Origin: a virus
Taxonomy: Duplodnaviria > Caudoviricetes
DNA length: 64,000 nucleotides
IMG/VR virus record: IMGVR_UViG_3300045015_000053
Direction: 5' to 3' (one strand)
The translations under genes and the position numbers were made by a program. Below, piece by piece: positions 18,385-26,953 of this stretch. A model generated the notes under the pieces. That model did no database searches, was not told the DNA's origin, and saw only the letters and a list, made by a program, of their open reading frames with translations. How positions within the stretch are numbered: position 1 is the first letter of the stretch; the number at the start of each line of letters is the position of its first letter.

Positions 18385-18522
18385 ATGTGCAAGAGGAAGC
18401 AGGCCGTTCGCCGTCAGTTCCGTGACGGCACCTTCAAACGCGACAAGTTTCGTTGCGTCTGTTGCGGCTTCGCGTCAACTCCCGAACGTGCCGAGAACGA
18501 GCTTGACGCTCACCACATTACT
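18385..18522 (+). pseudogene. 5' half of an interrupted HNH endonuclease
   Basis: not in the track: MCKRKQAVRRQFRDGTFKRDKFRCVCCGFASTPERAENELDAHHIT. Confidence 0.7.
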
Positions 18523-18548
18523 TGTTCAGGCATGTTGCTATATATGGC

Positions 18549-19553
18549 ATGAAAAATTTTCGTTCATGGTTTGAAGAGAACCAAGGTTTGAATGGTTGGG
18601 AAATTCACTCCCATTTGACCAAAATGCGTCGAGACTCGCCGGAGGATTTCCGAAATTATGGACTACCGTATACACAGGGCATGATTGTTCACAATGACGG
18701 AAATGTCTATGAAAAGAAATGGGATGCTAGTTTAGACAGGAAAAAATGGAGTCATGTAGATGACTCTACTCCCAAAAAGACTCCTGAAAATGAAGAGCAT
18801 TTCGCCCGTGACAAATACGGTCATGAGGTAGTAAATCACCATGAATTGTATAGGAAAAAAGCAATTGAAGAAGTTTCAGACAAGGTGAAGATCGTTGGAG
18901 GTCACGATCTGAGTCAGATTAACGGCCGAGTTCCCAGAGGAACCAAACCATCTCCAGATAAAGTTTGGGAAACAGCAATACAGTACGGTACTAACCTGAG
19001 AATGCTTTCAAATGATAAAGGCGAAGTAATTATTGGAGGGGCAAACGCTCATATGTATCTTCCCAATAGATATACGTTTTCTGGTAGCGGTGAATTATTC
19101 TACATGCGTTGGTTCATTAATCCAGATTCAAAAATGATAACTCTCAGTTCAACCGATGTAGGTAGCAAAGACGAAACAGTTAAAGCGGAGTTTTGGAAAC
19201 GACCTGACAAGTTCATAAATTTGACGTTGCGATCTCTTGTGGATTCGGGGTTGGTTAATGGAGGCTGGAGGGTGGAAGCGGGTACGCAGGCTCATGCTCT
19301 TGGTGCGCCATTGAAGACGGTTGGAGATTGGTTAGGTTTTAAGTCAAAAGCCGACATTGATGCTGATCTCGCTCGAAAAGCACAAGAAAAATTCGACAGG
19401 GACGCCGAGTATAGAGCCACTTGGCCAGCGAGACGGTATATGAGAGAATTAATGCGACGAGGTGAAGGCCCGTGGCACTTACCTCGGGGGGAAGCTCACC
19501 AATGGTCATTTGCCAAATATGTCAGTCTTAGAGAAAACATGGTGCTATCATGA
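18549..19553 (+). CDS. AT-rich hypothetical protein, putative virion internal protein
   Basis: MKNFRSWFEEN N-terminus; CTATATA at 18538; visibly lower GC than the flanks. Confidence 0.7.
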   Translation: MKNFRSWFEENQGLNGWEIHSHLTKMRRDSPEDFRNYGLPYTQGMIVHNDGNVYEKKWDASLDRKKWSHVDDSTPKKTPENEEHFARDKYGHEVVNHHELYRKKAIEEVSDKVKIVGGHDLSQINGRVPRGTKPSPDKVWETAIQYGTNLRMLSNDKGEVIIGGANAHMYLPNRYTFSGSGELFYMRWFINPDSKMITLSSTDVGSKDETVKAEFWKRPDKFINLTLRSLVDSGLVNGGWRVEAGTQAHALGAPLKTVGDWLGFKSKADIDADLARKAQEKFDRDAEYRATWPARRYMRELMRRGEGPWHLPRGEAHQWSFAKYVSLRENMVLS

Positions 19554-19592
19554 TGTTATGGAAAAGATCGTACTGTTTTGTTTGGTTCTGAA

Positions 19593-19626
19593 ATAAAAAG
19601 CCCCGAGTCATCTCGGGGCTTTTTAT
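19593..19626. terminator. bidirectional intrinsic terminator
   Basis: ATAAAAAGCCCCGAG-TCAT-CTCGGGGCTTTTTAT. Confidence 0.85.
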
Positions 19627-19680
19627 TACGCTTTGACCACGATTTCTGTCTTGAAGTCGTTGAGTCCGCTGTTCTTCAGT

Positions 19681-19881
19681 CTTCGCGACGAGATGCCCAA
19701 CGGCGGGTACGTCAAAGAGAATGGCGTGACGCTGTGCAAAGGTGATGACGGAACGTCTTGCCACGAGAAGGCGGAAATGGTATTACAGGGGATCGACATT
19801 CCGGGGTTCTCCCCGGACGACCTCTACACCCTGATCGGTTCCGACCGGGACCGAGCATTCCAAGAGAGCGAGAAGTTATGA
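19681..19881 (+). pseudogene. 3' half of the interrupted HNH endonuclease
   Basis: RDEMPNGGYVKENGVTLC...CHEKAE continues the HHIT fragment. Confidence 0.7.
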
Positions 19882-20747
19882 CGACTGCCATCGCCAGCCC
19901 CGACCGCATGACCGACGACGAGTTCAAGAGCTTCTTCCTCGAAAACTCCGTCAGCCCGAACGACGACGACGATCCCGCCGCCGTTCTCAAGAACTACATC
20001 CGCACGCGCAACGAGACGATCTTCAAGGCGACCGAACTCGGCATCGGCGAAGCCGGCCTCCAAGAGATCAAGTCGAAGGCCGCGAACGCCTTCCTCAAGC
20101 GGTGGATGATGCTCCGGTTCGCCACCGTCGATCTGTCCTTCACCGACCGCAAGTGGTGGCTGAAACTCGAACGCGACACCAACGGCGTCAAGGTCGTTCA
20201 GGCATCGCACGAACCCATCGACGTGACCGGCGATCCGGCCTTCTTCACCGTCGCCGAGATCAACCGCTTCTTCAAGGTCGAGACGAACGCCGAGGAGTTC
20301 GCGTTCGGCAAGAAGATCAGCGACAAAAAGGCTCACCAAAGCAATGGCGGTTTCGCTCCGACACGCAAGAACGGCGGCATGCCCCGCACTAACCTGACCA
20401 TTTCGGCGGTTCTGCCGGACGGGATCGGCCAGAAGCAGATGAAGAAGGCTCAGGTGGCAATCGGCCACAAGCACTTCGCCCGCGCCGTCTGCTACTGCCA
20501 CGGCATCGATCTCGAAGCCGATCTGGGCCGCACACGGTGGGATCGGCGCGACTCAACCGTCTCGGTAATCTGGGGGCCGAACGCGGACGTTCTCAGCTTC
20601 ACCCAGACGCCGCCGCGTCCGGCCGGTGACCCCGCCATCGTCATCGACATCGGCGAGGAAACGTACCTGCTGGACTTCTACGACACGCCGGACGAACTCC
20701 CGATCAGCAACCTGATTCGCGAGTTCAGCGAAGGGAAGCTTCGCTAA
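19878..20747 (+). CDS. hypothetical protein
   Basis: ATGA overlap; strong GC3 bias. Confidence 0.75.
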   Translation: MTTAIASPDRMTDDEFKSFFLENSVSPNDDDDPAAVLKNYIRTRNETIFKATELGIGEAGLQEIKSKAANAFLKRWMMLRFATVDLSFTDRKWWLKLERDTNGVKVVQASHEPIDVTGDPAFFTVAEINRFFKVETNAEEFAFGKKISDKKAHQSNGGFAPTRKNGGMPRTNLTISAVLPDGIGQKQMKKAQVAIGHKHFARAVCYCHGIDLEADLGRTRWDRRDSTVSVIWGPNADVLSFTQTPPRPAGDPAIVIDIGEETYLLDFYDTPDELPISNLIREFSEGKLR

Positions 20748-20796
20748 AATATGAAGGACGCCCGACATTCGGGCGTCCTTCAAGCTAGGAGAAGTT

Positions 20797-21075
20797 ATGC
20801 GGAAAATCATCGTCGCCTTGATTTTGGCTCTGGTGTTGGCCTGTCTGATTGGTTGTGGTCCACAACCACCGGCCGCTCATGCCGAGCCGGTGCAAGAGGC
20901 CAACATCACGAAAATGTTGCCGCACGGTTATACCAACCTCAAAAAACTGGGCAACCAGTGGTTCTCATACGACCTTGAGGTCGGCGGCAAGAAACGTCAA
21001 TTCATGGTCCGGTATTCGACTGGCTCGCACGGAGAGTACAGTCTTGCCGTGACCGAACTACACGAAGGGAAGTGA
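20797..21075 (+). CDS. putative lipoprotein
   Basis: signal peptide with lipobox-like LIGC. Confidence 0.65.
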   Translation: MRKIIVALILALVLACLIGCGPQPPAAHAEPVQEANITKMLPHGYTNLKKLGNQWFSYDLEVGGKKRQFMVRYSTGSHGEYSLAVTELHEGK

Positions 21076-21078
21076 CTT

Positions 21079-21916
21079 ATGGGAGCCGCAATCGTTGAAG
21101 GCGGTGTTGACACCCGTCAAGTAGGATGGGACAGCATCCGGGTGCTGTCCTCGACCGACAAGAACGTAAAGAAGTACGTCTTCGAGAAGGGGGATGCCGT
21201 CGCCGAGTCGGTACTGTACAAGTACCCCGACTACGAAACCCGCACCGTCATCTGCTGCTCAACTCAGAGCGGCTGTCCGGTCGGCTGTCGGTTCTGCGGC
21301 GCGGGCGACAACTTCGTGCGGTCGCTGACCAGCGAAGAGATCTTCTCGCAACCGAAGCGGTTGCTGGATGACACGGGTGTCGATCCGACGAAGATGGGCC
21401 GACTCCAGATCATGTTCATGAGCATGGGCGAGCCGTTGCTCAACCAGAACAACTTGATCCCGGCCCTGTACCGTCTGCACGAGAAGTACCCGAACGCCGC
21501 CCTGTTGATTTCTACCAGCGGCCCGCGAGTCGGTTACGGTCGAATCCGCGACGTGTCGGTGGCGATCCCGACCATCGGCCTCCAGTTCTCGATTCACGAA
21601 AGCACGGACGAGGCGCGAAACAAGCTGATCCCGTTCGAGAAGAAGCTGACGCTGACAGAGATCGCGGCCGAGGGCAAGCTGTGGTACGAAGCAACGGGCC
21701 GCACACCGTTCTTCAACTACTGCGTCCACGACAAGAACAACACGCCAGAAGACGTGGAACGGCTCACCGCCCTGTTCGATCCCGACATCTGGCAGGCGAC
21801 GATCTCCGTGATCTGCGAGCGTGACGAATACGTCGCGGCGGCGAACGCCCGTCAGAAGGCTCTGGCAGACGATTTCCGGGGTGGTCTGATGAGCAAGGGG
21901 TTCCGCACTCGCGTGT
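21079..21916 (+). pseudogene. RlmN/Cfr-like radical SAM protein, C-terminally truncated at an inversion breakpoint
   Basis: CCSTQSGCPVGCRFC (CxxxCxxC) and MSMGEPLLN; after RTRVF the frame reads antisense sequence and no GxCGQL motif follows. Confidence 0.7.
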
Positions 21917-22340
21917 TTGAAGATGCCGAACGACGCGCCGGATTCGAGGCCGAGCATCTCCCGCTTCACGAAGTCGAGAGCGTTGCGTACCGCGTCGTGG
22001 CAAGCGTCCTGACGGGTGTGGGGGTCCATGTTCAGGACGTTCCAGACCTCGCTGATCTGGCCGATCCCGATGCGACTGTAGAAATCCAGAGCCGCCACAA
22101 GGATCGCACCCTGTTCGGCCGTGACTTCCAGCGTGAATTTCTTCTCTTCCGGCATGATCGGCCTCACACTTTGGTGCCGCGAGATTTGAGGAACTTGACG
22201 GCCTCGCCGTCCCACTTCTCCAAGTTCATCGCCCGCAGCCTCTCCACGTCAATGAAGGCGTTGGTGTAAGCGTGCGGGTGCTTGACGAACGTTTCTGCTA
22301 CGGCCCGCGAAACCTCGCGGGCGTACAACTCGCCGTTCAA
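21917..22340 (-). other. ~420-bp inverted block containing two gene fragments
   Basis: flanked by TTGAA/TTCAA; the minus strand encodes ...LNGELY...GTKV* and MPEEKK...GASFGIF. Confidence 0.7.
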
Positions 22341-22647
22341 CAGCAAGGTGCCTGAGCGGTACAAGACCGCGTGGGATCTCCAGCAGGTGATTCGGCACGT
22401 TCTGGCGTGGGACGCGAACCCGGAAGGCGGGTTCGGTGTCAATTTCCACGAGCCGCTGAAATCGGGCAAGCACGGCCTTGCTACAATGAAAGTATCCGAA
22501 CAGTGGCTGCGGGAGATGGCCGAGAAGGAAGACAACGGCATCATCTCTGTCGGCGGTCTGGTAACAAGAATGAGGCAAGCCAATGATCCCGCCGTCAATC
22601 CTGATGCTGGACATGCTGAAACCGAACGGAAAACCACCGAAGAATGA
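22341..22647 (+). pseudogene. 3' part of the gene whose 5' part lies in the inverted block
   Basis: NSKVPERYKTAWDLQQVIRHVLAWDANPEGG joins in frame to GASFGIF on re-inversion. Confidence 0.65.
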
Positions 22648-22738
22648 ACCGTGGTGGCAGACCGCGATCACGGTCGTACTCCTGACGGCCGTGCTGATCG
22701 GCACGCTCGTCGGCGCGATCTACTTGATGAAGCATTGA
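22613..22738 (+). CDS. 41-aa membrane peptide
   Basis: not in the track: MLKPNGKPPKNEPWWQTAITVVLLTAVLIGTLVGAIYLMKH. Confidence 0.5.
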   Translation: MLKPNGKPPKNEPWWQTAITVVLLTAVLIGTLVGAIYLMKH

Positions 22739-22739
22739 G

Positions 22740-23186
22740 GTGAACGTGAGCATACGGTCCTACGATCTGAGCGGCGATCAAGCCGCCGAACTGATTCTTG
22801 CCCTCAACGGTGACGCAGAGAAACGCGAGAAATGGTTGAGGCAGTTACGCAAGTGGGTCGCCTACCGTGATCTCAAGCTGAAGATCCTCGGTTTGACGGA
22901 GAATTGGCTCAAAGCCTTCGGTTTGAAGAAGGGCGTTCACGTCGGTCGGGAAGATTGGCAGAGCGACGAAGAAAACCTTCTGGACTGGGTGTACTACCAG
23001 ATGGAGTACATGAGTGGCTTGACATGGGACGAAGCGACGAAAAGTGTGATCATCAACAAGTACGCTTCGAGCCGCCCGCTGCTGCGGGACGAAGAGACAA
23101 AAGAACTCTTGGAATTTTTGACGTTGGAAATTGGCAAGGATACTGTATATAATGAACTGACGGCCCATCCGCCGGCGCGGTGTTAG
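22740..23186 (+). CDS. hypothetical protein
   Basis: 148-aa ORF. Confidence 0.6.
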   Translation: MNVSIRSYDLSGDQAAELILALNGDAEKREKWLRQLRKWVAYRDLKLKILGLTENWLKAFGLKKGVHVGREDWQSDEENLLDWVYYQMEYMSGLTWDEATKSVIINKYASSRPLLRDEETKELLEFLTLEIGKDTVYNELTAHPPARC

Positions 23187-23230
23187 AGCTTCTACCTCTG
23201 ACTGGACGGGTTCAACTCCTGTATGGGCTT
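23162..23230 (+). tRNA. non-canonical compact tRNA-like gene, Arg anticodon UCU
   Basis: GGCCCAT|CCGC-CGGC-GCGG|T|GTTAGAG-CTTCTAC-CTCTGAC|TGG|ACGGG-TTCAACT-CCTGT|ATGGGCT|T. Confidence 0.75.
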
Positions 23231-23237
23231 CTTGACT

Positions 23238-23308
23238 GCCGCTATCGTATAGTGGGATTACCCTTGTCTTGTAAACAAGTGACCTCAGTTCGATTCTGAG
23301 TAGCGGCT
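23238..23308 (+). tRNA. tRNA-Thr(UGU)
   Basis: acceptor GCCGCTA/TAGCGGC; CTTGT-CTTGTAA-ACAAG; T-loop TTCGATT. Confidence 0.9.
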
Positions 23309-23319
23309 CTGATTGATTT

Positions 23320-23390
23320 GCCAGCATCGTATAGTGGTATTATGCTTGTTTCGTAAACAAGTGACCTGAGTTCGATTCTCAGTGCTGGCT
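23320..23390 (+). tRNA. tRNA-Thr(CGU)
   Basis: acceptor GCCAGCA/TGCTGGC; CTTGT-TTCGTAA-ACAAG; near-duplicate of the preceding tRNA. Confidence 0.9.
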
Positions 23391-23471
23391 CTGTACCCCT
23401 CCCGTGGATAGAATCGCGGGACCATCACCTCGGTCTAAACCACCGAGGTGATTCTTTTGGTAGAATTCATC

Positions 23472-23681
23472 ATGGCGCGACAGCACTTCAAAGATCCGAG
23501 CATCAGTCAACGAAACGACGCGAGTTGCATCAACAACAAGCGTGGCATGGCTCGTCGCGCCAAACGCAAGTCAGGCAAAACCGACCGCCAACTACTGAAG
23601 AAGGCTCTCGATGAAATTCAAGATCAAGAAGTCCAATCCGGTTCCGGGTGTGATTCACCTGCTGTTCAAGAACCAGTATGA
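23472..23681 (+). CDS. small basic hypothetical protein
   Basis: ATG at 23472 after an 11-bp hairpin. Confidence 0.4.
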   Translation: MARQHFKDPSISQRNDASCINNKRGMARRAKRKSGKTDRQLLKKALDEIQDQEVQSGSGCDSPAVQEPV

Positions 23682-24264
23682 GACGTGTTCCACGTTCATG
23701 CGGCTCCAAGAGTTCTATGAGTCGCCGTTCAAGCAGATTCGCGGCAAGCTGTTCTCGCTCGAACAGTTGATGGACCTGTACGCCAAGCAGCAGGGCAACT
23801 TCACTTACACCTGCGACTGGGGCGGCTTCAACGTGCCGGGCCACGTCGTTGACGAGTTCTTCCGTCTTTACGACGGGCAGTTGCTCGAAAAAGAGAAGGA
23901 CTTGAGGGAACTGGTTAAGGACAAGGCCGGCAAGATTGCGGTCGGCTCTAAGTATTACGTCATCGGGATGTACGGCGAAGAATGTCTGGATCACGAACTG
24001 GCCCATGCGTTATACTACCTCAATGACGACTACCGCCGTCAAGTTAACGGCCTAGTCAAAGCGTTGCCGGAATCGGTAAAGTCTGCCATCGCGAAGTGGC
24101 TCTTGGACAAAGGGTACTCGAAGCCGCTGATCGTGGACGAAACCAACGCCTACTTGACGACCGACGATCAGGAAGAGTTGACGAAGCGTTTCGGCAAAGC
24201 GGTCGGCAAGCGGTACGCGAAGTACGAGCCTTTCAGGAGAGCGTTCGATGACGCAAAGTTCTGA
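23611..24264 (+). CDS. HExxH-containing hypothetical protein
   Basis: LDHELAHALYY; strong coding bias. Confidence 0.7.
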   Translation: MKFKIKKSNPVPGVIHLLFKNQYETCSTFMRLQEFYESPFKQIRGKLFSLEQLMDLYAKQQGNFTYTCDWGGFNVPGHVVDEFFRLYDGQLLEKEKDLRELVKDKAGKIAVGSKYYVIGMYGEECLDHELAHALYYLNDDYRRQVNGLVKALPESVKSAIAKWLLDKGYSKPLIVDETNAYLTTDDQEELTKRFGKAVGKRYAKYEPFRRAFDDAKF

Positions 24265-25084
24265 GCCGTGGCGTGACGCAGTCACCTGTTTTGAGGACGG
24301 GGTGATTACCCAACACGAGTTCGTCAACACCATGTTCGATCTGTTGACGGTCGAGAACGTTTGGGAGATCGGCAAGCAGATCGACAAGAAGTATTTCGAC
24401 ATGCTCGCGGCGCGGCTCTCCGAACTGCCCGACGACGACGAGGGCTGGTCGAAGATGCGACGTTCCCACATGGGGAGCTTCACCGGCCCGGTCACCCAGA
24501 ACGAAGACTTCTCTGCAATGCGGCGTGGTGTCGAAGCTTTCCGCCGTTACTGTCTGATCCCGACAAAAGCACAAAAGAACTGGAAGTGCCTGTGCTATCT
24601 CTGCTTCCCCGAAGCGGTGGAGTACGGCGAACTTATCCCAGACATGTTTCTGTTCAAGGACGGCGACACCTACGGGTTGATGATGCAGTCCGGGCATCGC
24701 GGGGACTACATACTCTTGTTCCCAGAAAAGCCGACGCCGGACCCCGATCCTGAGTGTGTCCACGAATACGACGAGATCGCCACATCCGAGCGTTGGGTGG
24801 ATGTGGTGGCCGACTGGCAGGAGAAGTTGAAGCTGTTTCCGTCCGAGGGGCATCATCTGGTAGAGTCCTGCAAAGAGGCCGGGTGGAGCTACAAGCACGG
24901 CCACATGCTGTTCTGGCTGTTCGACCGCGCCGGGAAGATGCTGGAGGGTCAGGATGTTTCCGGTCAAACCGCAGGATCTGGATCTGCTTCCGAACCGGAG
25001 TGCAGAGTTGAGGGAGAAGATTCTGATCGGGCATGTGGTTCGCCCGATCAAGGTGGAGTGGTTGGACCTGAAGGAGCCGACTAA
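24248..25084 (+). CDS. hypothetical protein (3' end possibly frameshifted into 24954..25139)
   Basis: 278 aa; the last ~40 codons look less gene-like than the overlapping frame. Confidence 0.6.
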   Translation: MTQSSEPWRDAVTCFEDGVITQHEFVNTMFDLLTVENVWEIGKQIDKKYFDMLAARLSELPDDDEGWSKMRRSHMGSFTGPVTQNEDFSAMRRGVEAFRRYCLIPTKAQKNWKCLCYLCFPEAVEYGELIPDMFLFKDGDTYGLMMQSGHRGDYILLFPEKPTPDPDPECVHEYDEIATSERWVDVVADWQEKLKLFPSEGHHLVESCKEAGWSYKHGHMLFWLFDRAGKMLEGQDVSGQTAGSGSASEPECRVEGEDSDRACGSPDQGGVVGPEGAD

Positions 25085-25139
25085 GCCGAAGAAGGGTTTG
25101 CCTCCGATGCGGTCCTTAGACGACGAGTGGGAGTCATGA
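24954..25139 (+). CDS. small protein ending RSLDDEWES
   Basis: GGAGGG upstream of the ATG; shared C-terminal motif. Confidence 0.5.
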   Translation: MFPVKPQDLDLLPNRSAELREKILIGHVVRPIKVEWLDLKEPTKPKKGLPPMRSLDDEWES

Positions 25140-25444
25140 GCAAATTTCTCGAAGAAGCCAAAGAGCTTGAGAAGCGTTGGGGCCAGTCCAAACTCATGAG
25201 CGGTATTGAAGAATCTTGCCGCCGACAAATGATCAAGCAACTGCTTGAGAACCAAGCGGCGATGAATGCTGCGACTTCTGCTCCAGACGCTTCGGAGTTA
25301 AAGCGGATAAAAATTCCGCTCATTCGGCGTCTGCAAGGGCCACAAATGTCGCCTTCTGATCCTATACTGTCGGGACAGGGGACGACCAAGCCGAAACGCA
25401 GAAGGCCGGTCATCCGTGATCTCGATGACGAATGGGAAAGCTGA
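25136..25444 (+). CDS. protein resembling the T4-like major capsid N-terminal segment, ending RDLDDEWES
   Basis: KRWGQSKLMSGIEE...MIKQLLENQ...KIPLIRRL resembles the start of gp23-type MCPs; too short for a capsid protein. Confidence 0.45.
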   Translation: MSKFLEEAKELEKRWGQSKLMSGIEESCRRQMIKQLLENQAAMNAATSAPDASELKRIKIPLIRRLQGPQMSPSDPILSGQGTTKPKRRRPVIRDLDDEWES

Positions 25445-25452
25445 GGCATCAA

Positions 25453-25770
25453 ATGGGCGGTAGTTGCAACATGGTCGGTGGTGTTTCGGCCAAAGAACAC
25501 GCGACAAACGTGTTCTTGAACAAAGACACCGCGTTCGACAAGGCGCGGGACGCACACGAACAGGCCAGTCGCCTCGAAGACGCCGCTCGGAAAGAGTGGC
25601 ACGAGGCGAAAGAGGCGTTGGCGAAGGCTGTCGGGTACAAGGCCGGCGATCCGCCGGTTAGCATCGTCGTTGGCGACGGCCGTTTGATTCGGCTGTACAC
25701 TCGCCGAGAGGATCGGTGTGGGCGTGACCGCGAGCAAGAGGTTTCCGTCTCCATCGAGAAGGTCGTCTGA
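25453..25770 (+). CDS. hypothetical protein
   Basis: GAGG RBS. Confidence 0.55.
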   Translation: MGGSCNMVGGVSAKEHATNVFLNKDTAFDKARDAHEQASRLEDAARKEWHEAKEALAKAVGYKAGDPPVSIVVGDGRLIRLYTRREDRCGRDREQEVSVSIEKVV

Positions 25771-25979
25771 TGTCCGAGCCGATCAACGTCGATACGCCAG
25801 AGAAACTCCTCGAAATCTTCGGCAGTGCCTCGTTCATGCCGAAGACTTTGCTGGATACCGACCCGTTGGTGCGGTTCGACACCGAGCGTTCGATGGACCC
25901 TGCGATCCTCGCTCAGTTCCTACACAATTCGACCAAGCGGCCGAAGATGCGTGATCTGGACGACGATTGGTTTTCTTGA
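25770..25979 (+). CDS. small protein ending RDLDDDWFS
   Basis: TGATG overlap. Confidence 0.6.
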   Translation: MSEPINVDTPEKLLEIFGSASFMPKTLLDTDPLVRFDTERSMDPAILAQFLHNSTKRPKMRDLDDDWFS

Positions 25980-26017
25980 TTGAAAACATTCACATCTCGG
26001 ACTATATTACTTGACAT

Positions 26018-26086
26018 GCCCCGGCCGCTAGTGCGGTGCCGAGTTTCCTAAACTCAGCTTGAGAGGAGCGTAACCTCTCCGGGGTA
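26018..26086 (+). tRNA. non-canonical compact tRNA-like gene, Arg anticodon CCU
   Basis: GCCCCGG|CCGC-TAGT-GCGG|T|GCCGAGT-TTCCTAA-ACTCAGC|TTG|AGAGG-AGCGTAA-CCTCT|CCGGGGT|A; T-loop degenerate. Confidence 0.65.
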
Positions 26087-26119
26087 CTAAGGAAAGCATG
26101 AAAGAATACGAGGCAACCA

Positions 26120-26662
26120 ATGTGGCCATTCCAGTGCATAGGGCCAAACGGTCAGATCTATCTGCACAACGATAACTGGGAACAATTCATCAAGGAACGC
26201 GAAAAAGAGTATCCACACAACTGGAACCATCGCCGTTCTCTCATTACCCTTTTTGCCCCTCGCGACAACTTCCAAGACATCCCCGGCGTCACCGAGGCCA
26301 CGTTGCTCAACAACGTGGAGAACGACTATTCGGTGATCTTCCAGCCCTACCCCGCGCACCTGCGTACCGGCTACGACCCCGACGCCCGCGAAGAGTCGTG
26401 GAACATCTTCGTTGAAGACGGCCACTTCAACCCGCTCGGCGAGAAGGTTTCACTGTTCAGCACCGGCTTCTACTTCTTCCCCTCTGGCAGTTTGTTGGAC
26501 TTCACCAGTCGCCCGGAGCGGTTCGTGAAGTTCCGAAACAAATACTGGCGGGTACACGCAGTTCGAGGCGGCGGGTTGGGTGCCGCTGCGCCGCCGGCAC
26601 CGCCACCCAAGCCAAAGACCGACAAGATCTGTTTGCGTAATCTTGATGATGATTGGGAATGA
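26120..26662 (+). CDS. hypothetical protein ending RNLDDDWE
   Basis: 180 aa; Pro/Lys linker before the motif. Confidence 0.65.
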   Translation: MWPFQCIGPNGQIYLHNDNWEQFIKEREKEYPHNWNHRRSLITLFAPRDNFQDIPGVTEATLLNNVENDYSVIFQPYPAHLRTGYDPDAREESWNIFVEDGHFNPLGEKVSLFSTGFYFFPSGSLLDFTSRPERFVKFRNKYWRVHAVRGGGLGAAAPPAPPPKPKTDKICLRNLDDDWE

Positions 26663-26953
26663 CGTTTACAAGTGGGATCATCGCTCTGGGAGTTTGGATC
26701 TGTTTTGCGGCTCGTTGAACAAAACCAAGAAAAACTTGGAAAAATCCGACGAAGCCGCCGAAAGCTGTCTATATTAACTTCACGAGCCTCACGGCTCAAC
26801 GCCCGATCCGGCGTCTAACGCCGGCCGGTAATTTTGTGGCGAGCTTTTTCGCCATTGCACGGGACGCTTTTTAGTCCCTTGACCGAGAAGGAACATCATG
26901 TTCAACAAACACATCTTGCAAAACTCTTTTGCACCGCGTGACTATAATACGTC

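Noticed and set aside
21917-22269. C-terminal extension of the 396-aa radical SAM ORF as a novel domain
   Set aside because: It is the antisense reading of the inverted block.
23238-23390. Tandem tRNA-Thr pair as a repeat array
   Set aside because: It is a simple isoacceptor duplication (UGU/CGU).
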